Assembly: GCA_964230555.1 (NCBI GenBank)
Contig: CAXRIX010000078.1
Coordinates: forward strand, 10 to 64,009
Direction: 5' to 3'
Origin: Bdellovibrionales bacterium
GTDB taxonomy: Bacteria > Bdellovibrionota > Bdellovibrionia > Bdellovibrionales > JAGQZY01
Length of the DNA stretch: 64,000 bases
A program made the position numbers and the translations under genes. Below the pieces are notes generated by a model, which searched no databases, had not been told where the DNA came from, and saw nothing but the letters and a program-made list of their open reading frames with translations. This document shows, piece by piece, positions 54,542-62,810 of the stretch (positions are counted from its first letter, which is position 1; every line of letters starts with the position of its first letter).

Positions 54542-55852
54542 ATGGAAATTGCTGTAGTAGGAACAGGTTACGTCGGATTGGTTGCCGGAGTCTGTTTTGC
54601 CGACGTGGGTCATAAGGTCACCTGTGTGGACAACAACCCCGACAAAATCAACGCATTGAATGACGGCAAGATTCCCATTTTTGAACCGGGTCTCGAAGAC
54701 ATCCTACGGTCCGCCAAAAGTCGAATCACATTCACTTTGGATCTAAAAAAAGCACTGCAACAGTCAGAGGTTGTGTTTATCGCCGTCGGTACCCCAGAGA
54801 CCGCCGACGGAAGCGCCGACCTGGGGCCCACTTTCAGCGTCCTTGAGGGTATTTGTAAAAATGCCACCTCGGCAAAAATTGTGGTTTTAAAAAGCACCGT
54901 CCCGGTTGGTACCAGTAAAAAAGTAAAAGACTATATCGATGCCAACAGCGAGTGGCCCCACGAGGTTGTGAACAATCCTGAATTTCTAAAAGAGGGTGCC
55001 GCCATTGATGACTTCCTGCGTCCCGACCGAGTGGTGATAGGATGCCAGAGTGAGGCCGCCGCCAAAGTCATGGGGAAAATCTACGCTCCCTTTGTTAGAA
55101 ATGGGCACCCCATTCTGTTTATGTCGAACACATCAGCAGAACTCACTAAATACGCCGCCAATTCATTTTTGTCGGTCAAAATTTCCTTTGCCAACGAACT
55201 CGCCGCACTGGCTGATCAAGTGGGTGCTGATATTGACGAAGTTCGAGCTGGGTTTACCTCAGACAGTCGCATCAACCCGTCTTTTTTCTACCCGGGCTCA
55301 GGCTATGGCGGCAGCTGTTTTCCAAAAGACGTTCAGGCTCTTATTCACACCGCCGAGGACAGTGGCACAACAATGAACATTGTGAAAGCCGCCGACCAGG
55401 TCAATGATAAACAAAAGACAGTCATTTTCGACAAGGTGATGGCAAAGTACGGCAATATCGAAGGCAAGACTTTCGCGCTTTGGGGATTATCATTTAAACC
55501 GCGCACCGATGATGTTCGTGAAGCTCCGGCTGGATATATTATCGAGAAATTGACGGCCGCTGGCGCCAACGTCGTGGCCTACGACCCCATTGCGACTGAA
55601 ACCGCAAAAGCCTATTTCAAAAGTGATTTTAAAATAGCTGAGTCGGCCAACGCAGCCTGCAAAGGGGCTGACGCCTTGTTGATCGTGACCGAATGGAATG
55701 AGTTTCGCAACCCGGATTTTGATGGAATTATTGCAAACTTGAAAGAAAAAGTCATATTTGACGGACGCAATGCTTTGAACCCCAAAGACGTAAAGAAACA
55801 TGGCTTTGAGTATTACTGCATTGGTCGCCAATCTTTTTTCAATGAGGTTTAA
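54542..55852 (+). CDS. ugd: UDP-glucose 6-dehydrogenase
   Basis: 436 aa starting MEIAVVGTGYVGLVAGVCFADVGHKV, with NPEFLKEGAAIDDF and the catalytic GGSCFPKD. Confidence 0.93.
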   Translation: MEIAVVGTGYVGLVAGVCFADVGHKVTCVDNNPDKINALNDGKIPIFEPGLEDILRSAKSRITFTLDLKKALQQSEVVFIAVGTPETADGSADLGPTFSVLEGICKNATSAKIVVLKSTVPVGTSKKVKDYIDANSEWPHEVVNNPEFLKEGAAIDDFLRPDRVVIGCQSEAAAKVMGKIYAPFVRNGHPILFMSNTSAELTKYAANSFLSVKISFANELAALADQVGADIDEVRAGFTSDSRINPSFFYPGSGYGGSCFPKDVQALIHTAEDSGTTMNIVKAADQVNDKQKTVIFDKVMAKYGNIEGKTFALWGLSFKPRTDDVREAPAGYIIEKLTAAGANVVAYDPIATETAKAYFKSDFKIAESANAACKGADALLIVTEWNEFRNPDFDGIIANLKEKVIFDGRNALNPKDVKKHGFEYYCIGRQSFFNEV

Positions 55853-56779
55853 ATGAAAGTTTTAGTAGCTGGCGGCGCAGGATTTATTGGAAGTCACCTG
55901 GTCGATGCTCTTTTAAAAGAAGGTCATAGCGTTGATGCCGTAGACAACCTGATTACGGGTCGCAAGGAAAACATCGCTCACCTGAGCCAAGAGTCGAACT
56001 TTAATTTTGTGGAAATGGACATCTCAAAAGAGGTTCCCGATCAAACTTATGATCGAATTTACAATCTAGCCTCTCCGGCCTCGCCGATTGATTTCTCGAA
56101 AATTCCCTTAGAAATTTTAATGGTGGGTTCGTATGGTCATAAAAATCTATTAGATCTCGCGTCTAACACCGGTGCTCGTATTCTTTTTGCCAGCACCAGT
56201 GAAGTTTATGGCGACCCATTGGTCAACCCGCAGCCAGAAACCTACTTTGGCAACGTCAACTGTCGAGGCGCAAGGTCTTGCTATGACGAAGCCAAACGTT
56301 TTGGTGAAGCCCTAACGGCTGTCTACCAACGTACTGGTAAAGCCGAGACTCGGACCATTCGTATATTCAATACTTACGGACCTCGTATGGCCCCCAATGA
56401 TGGCCGTGTGATTCCAAACTTTTTTATGCAAGCTTTGCAGAATAAAAAATTATCCGTCTATGGTGATGGTAAACAGACTCGTAGCCTTTGTTATGTGTCG
56501 GATATGGTTAACGGAATGATCCGCCTGATGGAGAGTGAGGTTTCCACTCCGGTCAATGTTGGAAACAATGATGAAATGACAGTGCTAAAGATTGGTGAAA
56601 TTATTAATGAGCTCACTGGCAACACCGCTGGCTTTGATTACCACGAGCTTCCAGAAAATGATCCAAAAGTCCGTCAGCCTGATACTCAAAAGGCCAAAGA
56701 GCTCCTCGGCTGGCAAGCCGAAGTCCCGGCTCAAAAGGGATTAGCAGAGACCATGGAGTATTTTAAGAGCTTTCTATAA
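55853..56779 (+). CDS. UDP-glucuronate decarboxylase (UDP-xylose synthase-type SDR)
   Basis: 308 aa with VAGGAGFIGSHLVD, STSEVYG, YDEAKRFGE, RIFNTYGPRM and DGRVIPNF. Confidence 0.8.
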   Translation: MKVLVAGGAGFIGSHLVDALLKEGHSVDAVDNLITGRKENIAHLSQESNFNFVEMDISKEVPDQTYDRIYNLASPASPIDFSKIPLEILMVGSYGHKNLLDLASNTGARILFASTSEVYGDPLVNPQPETYFGNVNCRGARSCYDEAKRFGEALTAVYQRTGKAETRTIRIFNTYGPRMAPNDGRVIPNFFMQALQNKKLSVYGDGKQTRSLCYVSDMVNGMIRLMESEVSTPVNVGNNDEMTVLKIGEIINELTGNTAGFDYHELPENDPKVRQPDTQKAKELLGWQAEVPAQKGLAETMEYFKSFL

Positions 56780-57694
56780 TTCCAACGGCAGCAAGAACAT
56801 CCCGGCTGTTGGCACGAACCAGCCTCGACTGAGCAGGTCTCCGAAAGGAGAATTGACCAAGTCCGGCTGATACCCAGGACTTGGGTACTCGCCAAAAAAT
56901 TGAAAGCCGTTTTGCGCATCTCTTTGGCCACAAAGCTCATCTTCGGAAAAATGATTTGGATCGACTTTTTTCATCAACAGAGTCAAAGCGATCACATTGC
57001 GTGGCCCTTGGAAATATCGCAAACGCATGTTCATTTTTGAGTTGCTACCTATTTTGACAGGAGTGACAGAGCATTTTAATTGCGGGGAATGGTATTCATC
57101 ATTGTCGATCAGTGTTTCGAAAGTTCCATCGCCATCAACATCAAGATCTAAAATCGATCCATCATCAGAGATCACTCCAAAAAGATAGTGACCCGGTTGC
57201 TGTCCGGCGAGCTGCAGACGACCTTTTAAATCCATCGCAAAGGCTTCGACCAAAACCTGATCATTGTGATCTGTTAAATAAGTGGACTCATCAATTTGAA
57301 AGCCATCACTAAAAATTTGAGAGGGAAAGAAAACCTCAGGTACTAAAACTTTATAATCGGCTTCATATCCGGTTTCTAGAATCACATTGACACTGGTAAT
57401 GTGAGAGGCATTGAATGGGACCTCTTCATCAAAACGATTGAATAAGGTCTCGGGACGAACGGCCCCATCGGTTCGGTCTTGCAAGTAGAAAAGCGATCCC
57501 AAAAGACCGTAGGTGGTGTCTTTACAATCAGTCTCTTGTTTCTTATCTGAAAATGTCAGGCAGTCGATATCGCCAAATCGCTCTTGAACCGACGGTTCTT
57601 TCGAAAATCGAACCCCCGAGTTGGTGATAGACCCACAACTTTGAATAAATAAAATGGGTATAACAAATGTTAACATCAAACATTGTTTAGACAT
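56774..57694 (-). CDS. Hypothetical lipoprotein (possible PA14-like fold)
   Basis: 306 aa with lipobox LFIQSC. The segment GHYLFGVISDDGSILDLDVDG resembles the PA14 core; this is weak. Confidence 0.5.
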   Translation of the reverse strand: MSKQCLMLTFVIPILFIQSCGSITNSGVRFSKEPSVQERFGDIDCLTFSDKKQETDCKDTTYGLLGSLFYLQDRTDGAVRPETLFNRFDEEVPFNASHITSVNVILETGYEADYKVLVPEVFFPSQIFSDGFQIDESTYLTDHNDQVLVEAFAMDLKGRLQLAGQQPGHYLFGVISDDGSILDLDVDGDGTFETLIDNDEYHSPQLKCSVTPVKIGSNSKMNMRLRYFQGPRNVIALTLLMKKVDPNHFSEDELCGQRDAQNGFQFFGEYPSPGYQPDLVNSPFGDLLSRGWFVPTAGMFLLPLEL

Positions 57695-57768
57695 AAAGCC
57701 CCCAGCTTTAGCTTTAAATTTAGAGGCTTAAGACGTCATAATTTGACACGTTTCAATTTGAGACAGTT

Positions 57769-58734
57769 TTACTGCGAGAGACCATTCAATTTGACAAGAC
57801 AGTCTTTGAAGACCTGAGCAAAGGCGGTGTTGACCACTTGCCCATCCAGGATCAGAGTCCCTTGCATTTGCTCAGGAGGTAGGCCTTTTTTTTCGGCCTG
57901 GTCAAACCAGGTTTGATTTTGCCAACGACAAAGACTGGTGGTTTCAAATTTGTTGTTTTCTCCCAGCGGAGTTTTCTCGACAGATAGGGTTTTCTTTAAT
58001 AACTCCATCATCGCTGCGCCATCGTGGTCTTGCAAGACCACCACCGACCGATCGTAGAGTCGTCTGGCCGTTCTCTCTCGAAACCAAGGCCGCACCCCGC
58101 CGGGCAGAGTCGATTCAAACTGAGCAATTTCTGGTTGAAAAAGATCGGTTTTCTTTTCTAGCGCCTTTGCCACCCGAACCAAATCGGTTTCTATGGTCCA
58201 AGGGAGTTGCGAAACCGTGAGAATTGGCAAACTGACTTTGTCGCCTGTAAAGACCAAGGCGTAGTTTTTATTGACTGATGCAATGATGATGTCAAATTCG
58301 CTGAGGTTTTTTACAAAACCTTTATTGACGCTGAACAGATGATGCGCCAAATGAATTCGATAGATCTTGTGCTTCTGAAGACTTTTTAGAGTTTCTATAT
58401 TATTGTAGAGCTCTCCGGTAATAGCGTCGTCAAGATCATGGACATAAGCCAGGACGGCTTTTTCTTCTTTTGCCATTTCTTTTTCAAAGCTGTCTTTACA
58501 GCGCACGCCCAGTTTTGCCAACTCCAACTCAACATGGGTGAGGTGATCGCCAAAGCCTGTGCTCTTTACAACTTTTCTTTTGTGGGTGAATCTTAAATGC
58601 AGCCCCAGCAAAGTCTCGAAAAGAGCGTGATGCAAACCTCGGTACAAGTACACGTTGTTGGGGCTTCCCAACTTGTTTTTAATGAATTCATTCATCTGAC
58701 GCCAAACAAATGGCGGCTGGGCATCCAAACGCAT
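57769..58734 (-). CDS. Hypothetical cytoplasmic protein
   Basis: 321-aa ORF with no signal peptide and no motif I can recognise. Confidence 0.55.
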   Translation of the reverse strand: MRLDAQPPFVWRQMNEFIKNKLGSPNNVYLYRGLHHALFETLLGLHLRFTHKRKVVKSTGFGDHLTHVELELAKLGVRCKDSFEKEMAKEEKAVLAYVHDLDDAITGELYNNIETLKSLQKHKIYRIHLAHHLFSVNKGFVKNLSEFDIIIASVNKNYALVFTGDKVSLPILTVSQLPWTIETDLVRVAKALEKKTDLFQPEIAQFESTLPGGVRPWFRERTARRLYDRSVVVLQDHDGAAMMELLKKTLSVEKTPLGENNKFETTSLCRWQNQTWFDQAEKKGLPPEQMQGTLILDGQVVNTAFAQVFKDCLVKLNGLSQ

Positions 58735-58771
58735 ACTTTATTTTACGCGATTCAAACTACCCGTCAATCCT

Positions 58772-59821
58772 TCAAAGCGAGTAACCGAAAGTGGCCAGGG
58801 AGAAGCTTTCTCGGGTATAAACCACTTGATCGTCCACGGAATAAAGAAAACAGTCTCGGCGGCGTCCCCCTGGAGCAGGAGGTGGAATTTTGGCATTGCA
58901 GTCCGCTATCATTTGATTGATCTCGGCTTGGGTGACAGCTTGGGTCGACTGAACCGACTCCCAAAAACCATAGCGATCAAGGGCTAAAGCATAAAAGGCG
59001 CTTTGGCTTTGCTCGGCACGAATGATTTCACGAACATTATCATCGACAAAAGGAATGGTGTCGGCATTAAAAGCAGCGGGACCATATATGATCCTTTTTT
59101 CATCCCATTGATAATCATTCAAATCAAAAACCACATTCATCCCAACAGCGTACAAAGTGCAGGGCTCGTCGATGATGGCCTCACAAAACTCCATAGCGCG
59201 GCGAGTGGCATCTTCTTGACTGACGCGACTCCAACCAGAGTGGGTGGCACCATGCCGACCGACGGCATAAGATTTGAACTCGCCAGGATCAACGTCAGGA
59301 TAGGTCTGTTCTGCATGGTTTTGCCAGTGGTTGATATTACCAGGAATAAATTGCCCACTGAATGTCTCGGGCACAGTAATCACTGAATTGAAGTTTACTA
59401 AAAAATCATTCCGATCTTGCGCAATCAAGTCGCCTGAAGCAAACAAAGAACAGGGTCGATTCATGTATTGAAGTTGGCATCTTTCTAAAACGGCTTCGTC
59501 CCAGTCCGCTTGATCTTCGACATTTTGATTATCACCTGAACTTGAAACATACATCTCACCAATTTCGGTGAAAGCCATAGCACGAAACCCATTTCGATTA
59601 TTATAAAATCGAGCCGCATTAATAGCATCCTCAGTCGTGATTTTAAATGGGATCAGAGATGGGTCATAGGGGTCACCTTTAAAAAACGAGGTGTCAGCCA
59701 AACCTTCAATATTAGTAGACTGCGAAGATTCTCCTTTAGAAACCAATTTGCCACAGTTTTGAAAGCTGATAACAGTAACAAAAAGACCAAAAAATAGAAA
59801 AATTCGTGATTTCAAACCCAT
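58772..59821 (-). CDS. Lipoprotein with three DUF4189-like Cys-pair repeats
   Basis: ATG 59821 with GGGGAGAG upstream gives MGLKSRIFLFFGLFVTVISFQNC (lipobox). Three segments have the pattern (hydrophobic)A(hydrophobic)...C-x(6-20)-C-x-L(F/Y): ...VLERCQLQYMNRPCSLFA, ...AMEFCEAIIDEPCTLYA, ...IADCNAKIPPPAPGGRRRDCFLYS. Confidence 0.55.
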   Translation of the reverse strand: MGLKSRIFLFFGLFVTVISFQNCGKLVSKGESSQSTNIEGLADTSFFKGDPYDPSLIPFKITTEDAINAARFYNNRNGFRAMAFTEIGEMYVSSSGDNQNVEDQADWDEAVLERCQLQYMNRPCSLFASGDLIAQDRNDFLVNFNSVITVPETFSGQFIPGNINHWQNHAEQTYPDVDPGEFKSYAVGRHGATHSGWSRVSQEDATRRAMEFCEAIIDEPCTLYAVGMNVVFDLNDYQWDEKRIIYGPAAFNADTIPFVDDNVREIIRAEQSQSAFYALALDRYGFWESVQSTQAVTQAEINQMIADCNAKIPPPAPGGRRRDCFLYSVDDQVVYTRESFSLATFGYSL

Positions 59822-60072
59822 TCTACTCTCCCCACCATTGAAAGATGTCTTGAAGTTAATTTTAACAAACTCCAGCACTGAAACCATCGTGTTCTTGGAA
59901 TTCTCAAAATGAAAACTGAAAGTCCTTTTAGCGCTCCCTCGTCTAACTCCATGAATCATACTGAGCCATACTTAGGCACAGGACTGGACTATCCCAAAGT
60001 TTGAGATAACAACACTTATGTTACAAATTAGGGCTTTACTTTGCGACCCTAGCAATGGTTACCTAAAATAGA

Positions 60073-60573
60073 ATGATGAGTGCTCGATTTCTTTTAGGCC
60101 TATTATTATTGCTATCAGCTTGTGCCGTTAACAACAATGAGGTTGATGGACCGGTGTTTTGTAGTATTGATCAGACCGACACCTACGAACTTGGAACAAG
60201 CCCAGCCGGTGACTTCAACGTCACCAACCTTTCCAGAACCCGCGTCTTTAATGGCACCGACTGCCCGAATATAAACACCGACTCGTTTACGACTCTGGTG
60301 AGTCGAGCCAAACGTGTGGATGATGAATTACAGATTTTCGTCAACCAGTATCAAATCGGTCAGTTTCTTCTGGAAATGCAGGTGTCCGGAACCGACCTGC
60401 AGGCCGTCAAAAGGAATGTTAATATTTCAAATTGTAGTATTGTTCGCGAGTGGGACGGCACTCTTAATACAGCCGGCACAACCATTACAATCAACGAGCT
60501 GGTCACTTACCGAGGCGCTTGCCAATCCACCTTTTATAACCCAGATTTAGACACTACGAATCCGGGCAGCTAA
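60073..60573 (+). CDS. Hypothetical lipoprotein
   Basis: 166 aa starting MMSARFLLGLLLLLSAC (lipobox LSAC). Confidence 0.6.
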   Translation: MMSARFLLGLLLLLSACAVNNNEVDGPVFCSIDQTDTYELGTSPAGDFNVTNLSRTRVFNGTDCPNINTDSFTTLVSRAKRVDDELQIFVNQYQIGQFLLEMQVSGTDLQAVKRNVNISNCSIVREWDGTLNTAGTTITINELVTYRGACQSTFYNPDLDTTNPGS

Positions 60574-60629
60574 AAGTTATCGAGTACAATTTTTACTTTA
60601 GTTTTTAATTAAAAAAGTGAGGCCCCGAT

Positions 60630-60649
60630 GGATTCTCTATAGAGAATCC
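60630..60649. repeat. Perfect 20-bp palindrome GGATTCTCTATAGAGAATCC between convergent genes
   Basis: Read directly. It could be a bidirectional terminator hairpin (no U-tract) or a dimeric protein-binding site. Confidence 0.9.
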
Positions 60650-60702
60650 GCAACGGACAACCCGGATAGGCTTGAGTTCTATTCTTTCATTTTTTTTCGC
60701 AA

Positions 60703-61239
60703 TCAAATACCCATTTTGTGGCGATCTTTATCCGAGACCACCGAGGGCACACCTTTGCCTTCATTGAGATTGTCTCGATAAGCCAAATGACGAATGTCAT
60801 AAACAAAATTGTCACCGTTGTTGCCGGGGGTTTGCCACTCGGGCCCCATGCGAATGGCGTCCACCGGGCAGGCCTCTTCGCAGTAACCACAAAATACACA
60901 GCGAAGCATGTCGATTTCATAGTTGATAGGGTATTTTTCAACACTGGGGTCTTCATCTTCTGAAGCCACAATGGTGATGCAATCCGCCGGGCAGGCCGTC
61001 GCACAAAGCATGCAAGCGGTACAGCGAATATCACCATCTTCTTTAACGGTTAAGACATGGTTTCCTTTAAAGCGCGCCGAATACTCATATTTTTGTTCTG
61101 GATAGTTCAGAGTGGCCATTTTCTTTTTGTTAAAAAGATTTTTAAACATGGTACTGAATGTGAAACCCATTCCAGAAAAAATTCCCGGTAAATACCAAAG
61201 ACTGTTTACATTCGGTTTTTGAACTTTAACAACGGCCAT
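60703..61239 (-). CDS. nuoI: NADH-quinone oxidoreductase subunit I (2 x [4Fe-4S])
   Basis: 178 aa with YPEQKYEYSARFKGNHVL, CTACMLCATACP and CVFCGYCEEACP. Confidence 0.88.
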   Translation of the reverse strand: MAVVKVQKPNVNSLWYLPGIFSGMGFTFSTMFKNLFNKKKMATLNYPEQKYEYSARFKGNHVLTVKEDGDIRCTACMLCATACPADCITIVASEDEDPSVEKYPINYEIDMLRCVFCGYCEEACPVDAIRMGPEWQTPGNNGDNFVYDIRHLAYRDNLNEGKGVPSVVSDKDRHKMGI

Positions 61240-61241
61240 AA

Positions 61242-62810
61242 CTATCCTCTCTCATGCACGAATTCATTGTGAATTCTTTCGGTCTGATTCACAGGATCCA
61301 ATTTAACGAAATCGCCCTTCAGGACAGTGGCAATTTCCGACAGGCTCAACGCCTGCTCCACAAAAATATCAATTTTTTCGAACTTCTGCTCTTTACCCTC
61401 AAAGTTCACGAAGGTTCCGGACTTTTCAGCAAATGTCTTAACCGGTATAAATTGAAAGTTTCCACCGGCTTGCTCGGCAGATTCAACATGGGTCGCCGAC
61501 AACCAAACCACCGATTTATTACTTGCTAATGATTGGGCCACACTGGGGATATCATCAAATGTCCATGGATTCTCTGGACCAGCGACAACCACAAGATCCA
61601 TATCACTGATATTGGAGATATCTTTTTTAGCGGTGATGCCGGCTTTTTCAAAGGCTTGCTGCAAGCCTTTGGTGTTTGGATTTTTATCTCCTCGGATCAA
61701 TAAACCATCAAATTCGTTCATTTGATCTTCATGGTTGATCCAGTGATAAACATTGTCGACTCCAAACTGACTCTTCCAGAAGCCGAGCAGGTCCGTGTAC
61801 TCTTCCGAGGTGTACTGGCCCGTCAATACCAAGGCTGCCTTTTTCACACCGTTCATTTTTTCACGCAAAAGCCCCAATGAGTCCAGAGCTGTCTTGTAAA
61901 CGGTTTTGCCACTCTCTTTGTGGATGGCTTGAGTTAGACGATTTTCTTTTTTAATGGCGCGCTTTTTATTGTCGTCGCGCTCGCCAACAAATTCAGTGGT
62001 CATGACGTTGGTGGACTTAAAAATCTTTCGCCCCTCATCACACATCCAGTATCCATTGACTTCTGAATACCTTGGTTTAACTCGCCACAGGCCTTCTTTA
62101 TTGAAATAAACATCAACATGACAGCCTGTTGAGCAACCAGTACAAACCGAAGGCTTATCTTTCAAAAACCACACCCGTTGTCGGAAGCGAAACTCTTTAG
62201 AGGTCAAAGCTCCCACTGGGCAGATATCAACAGTATTCACTGAGTAATCATTTTCAAGGGGCTTACCAGCGTAAGTGCCGATCTCTGAATGATCCCCGCG
62301 ATTAAAGATACCTAATTCATTGGTTTTAGAAACTTCCTCGGTAAAACGCACACAACGAGAACAAAGAATACAGCGTTCAGAATCCAAAACAATTTTAGAT
62401 CCTAAGTCGACTACTTTTTTCTTTTTAACTTTTGGCTGTCCCATTTCAGAATCATAGCGCCCAAATTGCATGTACTGATCTTGTAAGCCACACTCCCCAG
62501 CCTGGTCACAAATAGGACAATCCAACGGGTGATTGATCAAATGGAAATCAAGGCCCCACTTAACCGCATCTTTAACCATTTCACTTTGGTTGGTGACAAC
62601 CATACCTTCAGTGACTGGTGTGTTACAGGCAATTTGCAATCTTGGATTGCCTTCGATTTCAACCATGCAAAGGCGACAAACGCCAGCAACACTAAGACCA
62701 GGGTGCCAGCAATAGTGGGCAATGTCCTGATCGACTTTTTTAAAGGCTTCAATTATTGAGGTGCCTTCTTCAACTTCAACTTCTTTGCCATTTATCTTGC
62801 ACTTAAGCAT
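61242..62810 (-). CDS. nuoG: NADH-quinone oxidoreductase subunit G, short (about 522 aa) form
   Basis: ATG 62810 (MLKCKINGKEVEVEEGTSIIEAF...) overlaps the nuoF stop by 8 nt. It has a 2Fe-2S region (HYCWHPGLSVAGVCRLCMVE), HPLDCPICDQAGEC and CILCSRCVRF. It is much shorter than the roughly 900-aa E. coli type. Confidence 0.85.
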   Translation of the reverse strand: MLKCKINGKEVEVEEGTSIIEAFKKVDQDIAHYCWHPGLSVAGVCRLCMVEIEGNPRLQIACNTPVTEGMVVTNQSEMVKDAVKWGLDFHLINHPLDCPICDQAGECGLQDQYMQFGRYDSEMGQPKVKKKKVVDLGSKIVLDSERCILCSRCVRFTEEVSKTNELGIFNRGDHSEIGTYAGKPLENDYSVNTVDICPVGALTSKEFRFRQRVWFLKDKPSVCTGCSTGCHVDVYFNKEGLWRVKPRYSEVNGYWMCDEGRKIFKSTNVMTTEFVGERDDNKKRAIKKENRLTQAIHKESGKTVYKTALDSLGLLREKMNGVKKAALVLTGQYTSEEYTDLLGFWKSQFGVDNVYHWINHEDQMNEFDGLLIRGDKNPNTKGLQQAFEKAGITAKKDISNISDMDLVVVAGPENPWTFDDIPSVAQSLASNKSVVWLSATHVESAEQAGGNFQFIPVKTFAEKSGTFVNFEGKEQKFEKIDIFVEQALSLSEIATVLKGDFVKLDPVNQTERIHNEFVHERG

